Shown in pieces: positions 53,909 through 64,000 of a stretch of 64,000 nt of DNA. The notes below the pieces were generated by a model that was given only the letters and a program-made list of their open reading frames with translations, searched no databases and was not told the origin of the DNA. Position 1 is the first letter of the stretch, and every line of letters starts with the position of its first letter. The stretch is taken from the NCBI RefSeq assembly GCF_963921235.1, contig NC_086097.1, forward strand, positions 35,342,001 through 35,406,000, in the 5' to 3' direction. The DNA comes from Mobula hypostoma (taxonomy: Eukaryota). A program made the position numbers and the translations under genes.

Positions 53909-54828
53909 GCAACACACATCAAAGTTGCTGGTGAACACAGCAGGCCAGGCAGCATCAATAGGAAGAGGTACAGTCGACGTTTCAGGCCGAGACCCTTCGT
54001 CAGGACTAACTGAAGGAAGAGTGAGTAAGGGAGTTGAAAGCTGGAGGGGGAGGGGGAGATGCAAAATGATAGGAGAAGACAGGAGGGGGAGGGATGGAGC
54101 CGAGAGCTGGACAGGTGAGAGGCAAAAGGGGATACAAGAGGATCATGGGACAGGAGGTCCGGGAAGAAAGATGGGGGGGGGTGACCCAGAGGATGGGCAA
54201 GAGGTATATTCAGAGGGACAGAGGGAGAAAAAGGAGAGTGAGAGAAAGAATGTGTGCATAAAAATAAGTAACAGATGGGGTACGAGGGGGAGGTGGGGCC
54301 TTAGCGGAAGTTAGAGAAGTCGATGTTCATGCCATCAGGTTGGAGGCTACCCAGACGGAATATAAGGTGTTGTTCCTCCAACCTGAGTATGGCTTCATCT
54401 TTACAGTAGAGGAGGCCGTGGATAAATGTATCAGAATGGGAACGGGATGTGGAATTAAAATGTGTGGCCACTGGGAGATTCTGCTTTCTCTGCTTTTCGC
54501 AGGGATCGCTCCCTACGCGACTCCCTTGTCCATTCGTTCCCCCCCCCATCCCTCCCCACTGATCTCCCTCCTGGCCCTTATCCTTGTAAGCGGAACAAGT
54601 GCTACACATGCCCTTACACTTCCTCCCTCACCACCATTCAGGGCCCCAGACAGTCCTTCCAGGTGAGGCGACACTTCACCTGTGAGTCGGCTGGGGTGAT
54701 ATACTGTGTCCGGTGCTCCCGATGTGGCCTTTTATATATTGGCGAGACCCGACGCAGACTGGGAGATCGTTTTGCTGAACGCCTACGCTCTGTCCTTAAT
54801 AATTATCTGCAGAATTCCTCGTGTTTAC
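53909..54828. mobile_element. Neptune-type Penelope-like element, rearranged, 13-bp TSD
   Basis: + segment encodes CKRNKCYTC..FTCESAGVIYCVRCSRCGLLYIGETRRRLGDRF (Cys linker and GIY-YIG N-half). - segment encodes LPVATHFN..RLEEQHLIFRLGSLQPDGMN (C-half), 3' UTR and terminal repeat. GAGATAATGCTGA at 53896-53908 and 54829-54841. Confidence 0.93.
53971..54008 (-). ncRNA. Intact minimal type I hammerhead ribozyme in the Penelope terminal repeat
   Basis: Minus strand UAGUC CUGACGA A GGGU CUCG GCCU GAAA C GUC GACUG. All core nucleotides are present, helix I is UAGUC/GACUG and helix III is the ACGU palindrome. Predicted cleavage between 53976 and 53975. Confidence 0.82.
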
Positions 54829-55689
54829 GAGATAATGCTGAAGCTTTATAAGACAGTAGTCAGGCCGCACTTGGAGGATTGTGAGCAGTTTTGATCCCCT
54901 TATCTCAGAAAGGATATATTTTCATTGGAGACAGTCCAGAGGAGGTTCACAAGGATGATTATGGGAATGAAAGGGTTAACATATGAGGAACGTTTGACAG
55001 CTTTGGGCCCGTACTCACTGGAATTTAGAAGAATGCGTGGGGATCTCATTGAAATCTTCGGAATGTTGAAAGGTCTGGATAAAGTGGAACTGGAGAGGAT
55101 GTTTCCTCTAGTGGGGGTATCTAGAACGAGAAAGCACAGCCTCAAAACTGAGGGGCAAACTTTTAGAACCGAAGTAAGGAGGAACTTTATTTTTTTATCC
55201 AAAGGGTGGTGAATCTGTGAAATGCTCTGCCACAGATGAGGTGGAGGCCAAGTCCGTGGGTATATTTAAAGTGGAAGTTGATAGATTCCTGATTGGTCGG
55301 GGCATCAAGGGGATATGGTGAGAGGGCAGGTGTATGGGGTAGAATGGGATCCGGGATCAGCCATGATGAAATGCGGAGTGCACTTCATGAGCTGAATGCT
55401 CTATTTCTGCCCCTATGTCTTATGGTCGTATGGTCTTATGGATCGAAGCTGCTGTTGAACCATGATGTAATATGATCTAGAAAGAAAATCTGACAGCTGC
55501 TAACAAAAATTCCCCCAGTCTTCACTCCTTAATATTAGAGTGTGTTTTGCAGACCAGATCAGTGACATAAAGATTCATCTCCTGCCTGTGCCAATAATCA
55601 GAGTAATATAACTGGTCCCAGTATCCTGTGATTGTGTGGAAACCAGCCACATGAATTCCACTCCAGCCAGAAAATAGAGAAGGGAAAGA

Positions 55690-55845
55690 CGCACAAAATG
55701 CTGGAGGAACTCAGTGGGTCAAGCAGCATCTATGGAGAGAAATAAATAGTTGACAATTCAGGCTGAGACCCTTCATCTGCATCTGTTGCCTCCAGCATTT
55801 TGTGTGTGTTATCCCAGATTTTCAGCATCAGTAGAATCTCTTGTG
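55690..55845. mobile_element. Penelope terminal-repeat remnant with inverted halves
   Basis: cacaaaatgctggagg (55692-55707) and cctccagcattttgtg (55789-55804) form a perfect inverted repeat around a decayed hammerhead. Confidence 0.75.
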
Positions 55846-55951
55846 GGAGTAAGGGATGGAATTGGGCTTTGCAGTGAAGCTTCTCAAGTGAAGAGCAGCT
55901 AATTGAACAAGAGATAGTAAGCAAGCTGGCTTCTTCACGTCCAGGAGCCAG

Positions 55952-57447
55952 CATAGGAACATAGAAACATAGAAGATGGGTGCAGGAGTAGGCCATTCGG
56001 CCCTTTGAGCCTGCACCACCATTTAGTATGATCATGGCTGATCATCCAACTCAGAACCCTGCACCTGCCTTCTCTCCATACCCCCTGATCCCTTTAGCCA
56101 CAAGGGCCATATCTAACTCCCTCTTAAATATAGCCAATGAACTGACCTCAACTCTTTCCTGTGGCAGAGAATTCCACAGACTCACCACTCTCTGTGTAAA
56201 GAAGTTTTTCCTCGTCTCAGTCCTTAAAGCCTTCCCCTTTATCCTTAAACTGTGACTCCTCGTTCTGGACTTCCCCAACATCGGGAACAATCTTCCTGCA
56301 TCTAGCCTGTCCAATCCCTTTAGAATTTTATACATTTCAATAAGATCCCCCCTCAATCTTCTAAATTCCAGCGAGTATAAGCCTAGTCGATCCAGTCTTT
56401 CATCATAGGAAAGTCCTGCCATCCCAGGAATCAATCTGGTGAATCTTCTTTGTACTCCCGCCATGACAAGAATGTCTTTCCTCAGATTAGGGGACCAAAA
56501 CTGCACACAATACTCCAGGTGTGGTCTCACCAAGGCCTTGTACAACTGCAGTAGTACCTCCCTGCTCCTGTACTCGAATCCTCTTGCAATGAATGCCAGC
56601 ATACCATTCACCTTTTTCACCGCCTGCTGTACCTGCATGCCCACTTTCAATGACTGGTGTATAATGACACCCAGGTCTCGTTGCACCTCCCCTTTTCCTA
56701 ATCGGCCACCATTCAGATAATAATCTGTTTCCCTGTTCTTGCCACTAAAGTGGATAACCTCACATTTATCCACGTTAAATTGCATCTGCCATGAATTTGC
56801 CCACTCACCTAACCTATCCAAGTCATGCTGCATCCTCCTTACAGCTAACACTGCCGCTCAGCTTTGTGTCATCCGCAAACTTGGAGATGCTGCATTTAAT
56901 TCCCTCGTCTAAGTCATTAATATATATTGTAAACAACTGGGGTCCCAGCACTGAGCCTTGCAGTACCCCACTAGTCACTGCCTGCCATTCTGAAAAGGTC
57001 CCGTTTATTCCCACTCTTTGCTTCCTGTCTGCCAACCGATTCTCTATCCACATCAATACCATACCCCCAATACCGTGTGCACACTAATCTCCTGTGTGGG
57101 ACCTTGTCAAAAGCCTTTTGAAAATCCAAATATACCACATCCATTGGTTCTCCCCTATCCACTCTACTAGTTACATCCTCAAAAAATTCTATGAGATTTG
57201 TCAGACATGATTTTCCTTTCACAAATCCATGCTGACTTTGTCTGATGATTTCACCGCTTTCCAAATGTGCTCTTATCACATCTTTGATAACTGACTCTAG
57301 CATTTTCCCCACCACCGATGTTAGGCTAACCGGTCTATAATTCCCCAGTTCCTCTCCATCTTTTTTTAAAAAGCGGGGTTACATAAGCCACCCTCCAATC
57401 CTCAGGAACTAGTCCAGAATCTAAAGAGTTTTGAAAAATTATCACTA
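55952..57447 (-). mobile_element. Young 5'-truncated CR1 LINE (RT domain and C-terminus)
   Basis: [52 protein letters not shown], a 266-aa open C-terminus, and a (TTTCTATG)n tail. Confidence 0.95.
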
Positions 57448-57835
57448 TATGCCAGCAGCCTGGGGAGTGTGGCAGATAAGAATATACGGGAAAAACAAGC
57501 TTGAGAAATGCGAACAGTAGCTATAACTTAAGGCATTCCTTGTGGATACAATACCATTGAGAAGAAGAGTGTTGTTAATTAACTATAGGTGAAACTATAA
57601 ATAACAGCAGGTTTGAATGCATGTTGCAGGCAAGTCACCTCTTTCACTTGTAATAGGATTTTCTTTTACCTTGGACTCCTCCGGAGTAGCGGAAAATATG
57701 TATGTAAGCTTTTCAGTTAGCTTTCAAAATAAAACAACATTCACCATACCAGCAAGTCTTTGTATGTCAAAGAGTTGTAATTACCGGTGATTATCATCAG
57801 TTGCTGTCTTCTATTTTTTCAAAAAACCGGTGACA

Positions 57836-58713
57836 TCTCGTCATCTTCAGAAGTTTTCGGATGACTCTGCCATAATTGGATGCATCAGCAAGGGAGATGA
57901 GGCTGAGTACAGGGCTACTGTAGGAAACTTTGTCACATGGTGTGAGCAGAATTATCTGCAGCTTAATGTGAAAAAGACTAAGGAGCTGGTGGTAGACCTG
58001 AGGAGAGCTAAGGTACCGGTGACCCCTGTTTCCATCCAGAGAGTCAGTGTGGACATGGTGGAGGATTACAAATACCTGGGGATACGAATTGACAATAAAC
58101 TGGACTGGTCAAAGAACACTGAGGCTGTCTACAAGAAGGGTCACAGCCGTCTCTATTTCCTGAGGAGACTGAGGTCCTTTAACATCTGCCAGACGATGCT
58201 GAGGATGTTCAACGAGTCTGTGGTGGCCAGTGCTATCAGGTTTGCTGTTGTGTGCTGGGGCAGCAGGCTGAGGGTAGCAGACACCAACAGAATCAACAAA
58301 CTTATTCGTAAGGCCAGTGATGTTGTAGGGATGGAACTGGACTCTCTCACGGTGGTGTCTGAAAAGAGGATGCTGTCTAAGTTGCATGCCATCTTGGTCA
58401 ATGTCTCCCATCCACTACATAATGCACAGCAATACATTCAGCCAGAGACTCATTCCTCCAAGATGCAGCACAGAGCGTCATAGGAAGTCATTCCTGCCAG
58501 TGGCCATCAAACTTTACAACTCCTCCCTTGGACGGTCAGACATCCTGAGCCAATAGGCTGGTCCTGGACTTAATTCATAATTTACTGGCATAATTTACAT
58601 ATTACTATTTAACTATTTATGGTTCTACCACTATTTATTATTTATGGTGCAACTGTAACGAAAACCAATTTCCCCCGGGATCAATAAAGTATGACTATGA
58701 CTATGACTATGAC
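57836..58713 (+). mobile_element. Young Rex1-like LINE, 5'-truncated
   Basis: [32 protein letters not shown]; gggatcaataaagt followed by an (ATGACT)n tail. Confidence 0.92.
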
Positions 58714-60289
58714 AGGAAGAAGGTTTAACTTAGCAGTTGCTGCTACTAGTAACACCAAGAGTTTCTTTATACTCTTAGCATTAAGGTTATATTCTTAGCA
58801 TTATATTCTTAACATTAGCATTATTATTCACGCCCGCATGTTGAATGAGTATGTGAAAGCAGGGCCCATTCCGTAATATATAAATTCCTGCCATTCCCGT
58901 CTGCCGCAGTTTGTGTCAGAGCCATCGCTTTCAGTTGTTACAATGGAACAGATAATCACATTCTGAGTTGATTAGCTAGATGATGGATTTTTTTTTCAGT
59001 AGCACTATAGAAAGCTCTGCAAATCAGCTTCCTTGTTTTATTCCAGTTAAGAGCTGATCCCTCTGGGGTATTATGACACACAACAGCTAAGGGAACAATG
59101 ATACTTTGCGTAAAAGCACTCACTGTCCACTCTGCCAACACACTAATGCTGGACTAGTGTCTCGGTAGATTGCAATACAATAAAGATTCTAACAGTAGCA
59201 GAATCCAGGACATTGACAATACAGACCCTGACTGAGAGAGAGGCAAATAAATCTGGCTGACTTTCAGGGTGCTTTCAACAGTGTGATTGTTTCCAATGTT
59301 CAATGCTTTCTACTTTTAGCTTGTATTTTAATTGGGCTCAATACATCTGTCAGTGGCATCTACACCACTGTGGGTGTCCTGATGTTTGATGCGTGCATGT
59401 GATAGACTGCGATGGCAAGATGCTGCTGCACTAGACTATAGAGATGCATGAAATAGACCCTTCCTCTCTCCCACAATATATGATGTGAGATAACTGTGGA
59501 GAACTGCAGTATTCTGACACTCCCTTTCTCTTTAAAAATCCAACCCTGGCAAGACAGATTTGAAAGGCTCAGCAGATAGGAATGGCAGGACTTTATATGC
59601 TGCAGGAATGGGCACAGCCTTTCAAACATCCTGTGTAATACCTGACGCACCTTGGCTTCTCACTATGCAAAAGCCCTAACATGCATATACCAGTCTGTGT
59701 TGCGTAAGTATCGCGTGGGGGAGAGGGGGGTAAGATCCACATGTTAATTGTGAGCACTTCACTTAAAGGCAGGTTGCAGGACGTAGCTCTGCTTCCTGAT
59801 ACACCACTCTAGATAATGAAGAGGAGTGTACGGGAAAATGAAGGAGGAGCGCATGGGGGAGTGAAGCACAGCGTGAGGGAGAGTGAAGAGGATCGTGAGT
59901 GAGAGGGAAGTGGGGCATGTGAGGGGATGCTATCACCCATTCAGATCTTATTTGCAAGGGTAAGAAAACAAAAAAAAAACAGAGCTCAAAGCCTGGAATA
60001 AAAATGGAGAATGCTGAAAATACTCAGCAGTCAGACAGCATCTGTGGAGAGAGAAACTAGTGTTTCAGGTTAATTGATGAAACAGTTAAAATGGTTTAAA
60101 CTGCAGAGCAGGACACACAGAGGGAGAAAACAAGGGAAAAAGCACAATTTTTTATTTTTCAGCTTGTGTACCTTAGTACATATGCAGATAACTCAGCCTT
60201 GTGTTGTGTAAAATCACAAATCCAATTGTTTTTCCTACTGTCGTAACACAAGGGTTACCTATTCTTCCAATTAAGGATCGTGTGTGACT

Positions 60290-60800
60290 TTGAGGAGAAT
60301 GTGTAGGTGGTGATGTTCCCAAATGCCATTTGCCCTTGTCCTTCTTGGTGGTAGAAATCGGAGGTTTGGGATGTACAGTCGGAGCAGCCTGGACAAACAC
60401 TTCCAGTGCAGATTGTCAAAGGCACACAACACAGCCAATGTGTACCAGTAATGTAGAGGATGAATATTTGGAGTTTGGTCTGAACAATTTTGAGTTTAAA
60501 AGTTGCCAGTGCTGTATGTATCCAAAAAGTGGAGAAGATTGTACCACAGTACTGCCTGGCACCTTGGAAGTGGTGGAAAGGTGATGGTAGAGTCACTAGT
60601 CACAGGATATCAGTGGCTGACCTGCACCTGCTGTCATAACATTATGTGCTTGGTCCGGCTGAGGTTCTGGTCCTAATAATGCTGATACTAGCAAACTTGG
60701 AGGTAGAAATGCCACAGAAGGCCAAGGGTAAATGGCTGGAGACTGTTTTGCTGGAGATGGCCATTGTGGTGCACATGCTACTTGCTACTTATTAGACCTA
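60290..60800 (-). mobile_element. Very old LINE (CR1/L2-like) remnant
   Basis: atttgcccttgtccttcttggtggtaga..ggtttggga resembles old chondrichthyan LINE RT remnants as recalled; no intact motif. Confidence 0.4.
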
Positions 60801-60967
60801 ACCTGTCATGTACTTGATAATGAGCAAAATTGCCCAGGTATGTCTAGTCCAAAAAAATCAGGAAAATCCAATACAGTACAGATAATTATCTGATTGATTC
60901 ACTAGCAATTATAAGCAAAATGATGTAAGGTGAGTCTGACAATGTTATCAATTGGCAATTACCTGGC

Positions 60968-61162
60968 AAGGGACAATATACAATGACCAATTAACCTCCC
61001 AACTGGTATGTCTTTGGACTGTGGGAGGAAACCAGAAAACTCAGAGGAATCCCATGTGATTATGAGGAGAAGGTGCAAACTTCTTGCAGACAGCAGTAAG
61101 AATTGAACGCTGGGTCACTGGTATTGTAAAGTGTGGTGCTAACCACTATACTCCCATGCCGC
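60968..61162 (-). mobile_element. tRNA-derived SINE (V-SINE/HE1-like), partial
   Basis: Minus-strand head GCGGCATGGGAGTATAGTGGTTAGC (A box)..GTTCAATTC (B box), then V-domain-like gtttgcaccttctcc..ggtttcctcccacagtccaaagacat. Confidence 0.78.
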
Positions 61163-62749
61163 TCTGTTAGAGGCAAGCTTACAAGAAAGATAATGGAGGA
61201 AATGAAATGCTCTGCAAGCTGGCATAGATTAGATGGGCCTAATGGCTTTCATCATATTGTAAAAACAATGGAAGTAGGAGTAACTTGAGAAAGGAGAGGG
61301 GAGCAATACTGAAAAACATGGTGTTGATAAATGTCGGTGATGAGAGATGACATTAGGAAACAATGTTTTGGAATCCACGGCAGACTTCCATGTTGGCAGA
61401 TTGTACTTGGGGTCTTGCGATCCTAGATTTCGGAAGAGGAGAATGGAGATCCAGATTGGAGAGGTGGAAAACAGTACCATATAGCGAGTGGGCTCTGAAT
61501 GGTGATGGAAGTAATTTCCATAGCTGGCAGGCATTTCACACTGGGCATCGTACTGGGGAGACCGTGTTGTCCTTGGTGCTCCTGGGACAGTGACGTTGAT
61601 TTTCCTCTGCTGTGCTCCAAAAGGGAGGTTGCATTGGAAATGATATCACCACATGTGGCCTGATGCAGAAATAATATCAGAAAAGAGGAGGCGTGCACAT
61701 GGAAATGTCTGTTGGACTTTCAGGAATGATATGAAATAACCATTATTGCACTTAACTCTTGGAAAAGAAATTGATTTTCAGTTGAATGCTGTTGAAAAAT
61801 ACCCAACATCCTGCAATTGAATTTCTGGGTGTCAGTCAACTAATCGTGTCTAAAGTGACTTCTGGAGTAGGAAGTCCACTTCAGCTCCACAATATTTCAA
61901 AAGCAGCTGTGTTACTGAAAATATATGGGTAAATAGGAAAAGATTCTGACTTCACACTCCTGATGAAAAGTTCCATCTGTCAAGGGAACATACTAAAAAC
62001 TTGGCAAAAACTTTTCACTATTTCCTGCTGGGTACATGATGTTAGAAGTTGTCCCCCATGTGTTCAAGTACAATGAATAAAACACTTGAATGTTGGAACT
62101 GTGCAAAAGGACAGTCAATATCAGTAAAGGGGAGAGATATCTTAATATTTTAGCTGTAACCAAATAGACAAGTATATGGAAAGATAAACAAACACTTTAA
62201 GTGGATTAAAGTCAATAAAGCTATAGAGGGCAGGGATGGATTAAGCAACTGGTCAACCTCTTAAAAGGAAATAAACTGTTGGATGACTTAATGTGAATCA
62301 ATGGGAAGACTTAAAAGAAAACATGAGAAGTTGAAGTGGTGAAATAGAAAACATATGTACAAGTAGGAGTTGAGTTTGCTGAGCCTTTGATAAGTCATTT
62401 ATCCATTGACGGTTTTGCGATCTTCTTGACATGCTTCATATTTAAGACATGCACCAGCACATCCCACAGGGTGCATTAGAGATGTGCTTTGGAGCTCCAG
62501 TGGTGTATAATTCAGTTTTAGGAATTTTACTTTAGTTTCCACCTCACAGATAATTGCCCAGGTCAAGAACCATACAGCAAATCTGGTCATAAACAAGATT
62601 AAGCAGTGTGTTGTAAATGCAAAAGTATTTTCAGTTTAATTTATTCTACTTTGTTTTACTTCATCTCTTATAAAGAATTTCACAAAAAAAAAGTTGTGGT
62701 GGGTTACTTCCCACTGTTTTCTTACGGGTCCTTGTTTAGCTATGGGCTT

Positions 62750-63242
62750 CATAGGCAAGGCCCTCCTTATCACTGAGCACATCTACAAGAAGCACTACCA
62801 CAAGAAAGCAGCATCCATCATAACCCCCACCATACAGAGCATGAACTCTTCTTGCTGCTGCCATCAGTAAGGAGGTACAGGAGTGTTAGGTCCTGCACCA
62901 TCAGGCTCAGGAGCATTTATTACCTTTCAACCATCAGGCTATTGAACTGGCATGGATAATTCCACTCAGATCAACTCTGAACTCCATAAACTATGATTCA
63001 CTTTTAAAGGGCTCTGCAACTTATATTCTCAGTATTTTTATTTACTTATTTTCTTTTTATTTGCACAGCTTGTCTTCTTTTGCACATTGGTTGTTTGTCA
63101 GTCTTTGTAGTTTGTCATTGATTGTATTGTATTTCTTTGTTCTACTGTGAATGCCTGCAAGAAAATGAATCTCAGGGTAGTATATGGTGATATACCTAAT
63201 ACAGTACGTACTTTGATATTGAATTGACTTTCAACTCTGAAC
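62750..63242 (+). mobile_element. Rex/Babar-like 3' fragment
   Basis: aagcagcatccatcat..ctgctgccatcagtaaggaggtacaggag and a 3' UTR homologous to 43166-43482. Confidence 0.8.
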
Positions 63243-63369
63243 ATGCACTTTCATGTCTCCAGGTAGCGGTAACAAGAAATTTCAAACATATGCTGACCTA
63301 AACTGCTATATCTTGTGTTTTGGGGGAAAAAAAGTAAAAAGTATTATGGATACGTTATAATACCAGCCA

Positions 63370-63693
63370 TTCCACTGAGGCAAGGGGAGAAAAAAACCAG
63401 AGGACATGGGTTAAGGGTGAGGGGGGAAAAGTTTAAAGGGAACATTAGGGGGGGCTTCTTCACACAGAGAGAGGTGGGAGTATGGAATGAGCTGCCAGAC
63501 GAGGTGGTAAATGCGGGTTCTTTTTTAACATTTAAGAATAAATTGGACAGATACATGGATGGGAGGTGTATGGAGGGATATGGTCCGTGTGCAGGTCAGT
63601 GGGACTAGGCAGAAAATGGATCGGCACAGCCAAGAAGGGCCAAAGGGCCTGTTTCTGTGCTGTAGTTTCTATGGTTTCTATGGTTTCTATGTT
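63370..63693 (+). mobile_element. Young CR1 3' fragment
   Basis: TRGHGLRVRGEKFKGNIRGGFFTQREVGVWNELP; (TTTCTATGG)n tail. Confidence 0.9.
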
Positions 63694-64000
63694 TAGGTCT
63701 TGATTGACAGCATGAACAATTGAAATTTAGTTGAAATAGAATCCATTCAATATTAGCAGTAACTTTGCCTGCATATTGAAAGAAAACTTACAATCTTTTG
63801 CAGGAAGAATTGCAAGGTAAATTGAGAATATCAGAATAATATGAATAATCTTTTATATATAATCATTAGAAATGTGAATGATTTCAGTTAGTAATTGGAA
63901 AGAAAATGAAACAAATTTTCATGTATTTGTGCAACATTTTAATAATTGCTCCTGCAAGTATTTTGTAATGAAGGGGTTCATTTTCCAACTTCAGCAAAAA

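Larger units (their letters stand above)
51460..55441 (+). mobile_element. CR1 LINE with nearly complete but frameshifted ORF2 and 3' end, interrupted by a Penelope insert
   Basis: LKALYLNVCSIWNKVDEL..GITEMWL, VMGDFN, DKSPGPNGLHPR, IYLDFWKAYDKVPH, SGVSQGSALGPLLF, KFAADTK, YSLEFRRMRGDLIE; (TCTTATGG)n-like tail. Confidence 0.95.

Noticed and set aside
58820..59720. Repeat-free stretch as a possible conserved enhancer or cryptic exon
   Set aside because: No recognisable motif, ORF or splice pattern; conservation cannot be judged without alignments.
61095..61162. tRNA gene
   Set aside because: A/B-box-like head runs into a SINE body; no cloverleaf.

Overview
Vertebrate genomic DNA. The repeat repertoire suggests a cartilaginous fish, probably a ray (inference). 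The whole window lies inside a + strand EAG-family potassium channel gene, best matching KCNH5/Kv10.2. Three internal coding exons are present (20971-21170, 36286-36538, 45218-45414; end of S6, C-linker and CNBHD). All have canonical AG/GT ends and compatible phases, and the ORF track misses the third. The rest is intron dense with retroelements (CR1, Rex/Babar-like, one L1 with a 12-bp TSD, RTE-like repeats, a tRNA-derived SINE), DNA-transposon derivatives (Tigger/pogo-like, Tc1-like, Harbinger-like MITE) and many fragments of a Neptune-type Penelope-like element (PLE). The most notable hidden signal is a minimal type I hammerhead ribozyme in the PLE terminal repeat: CAGTC-CTGANGA-A-GGGT/CTCG/GCCC-GAAA-CGTC-GACTG, with an extra A in the core and a loopless palindromic helix III that implies dimeric cleavage. 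About ten copies occur; one (53971-54008, - strand) is intact. One insertion has a junction almost exactly at the predicted cleavage site. Other oddities are an in-frame CR1/Rex chimeric ORF from nested insertion, an RT-deleted CR1 keeping both ends, a rearranged PLE with a 13-bp TSD, and inverted repeats bracketing an in-frame 450-nt exon pair. Family assignments come from recalled motifs, not database searches, and most repeat boundaries are approximate.
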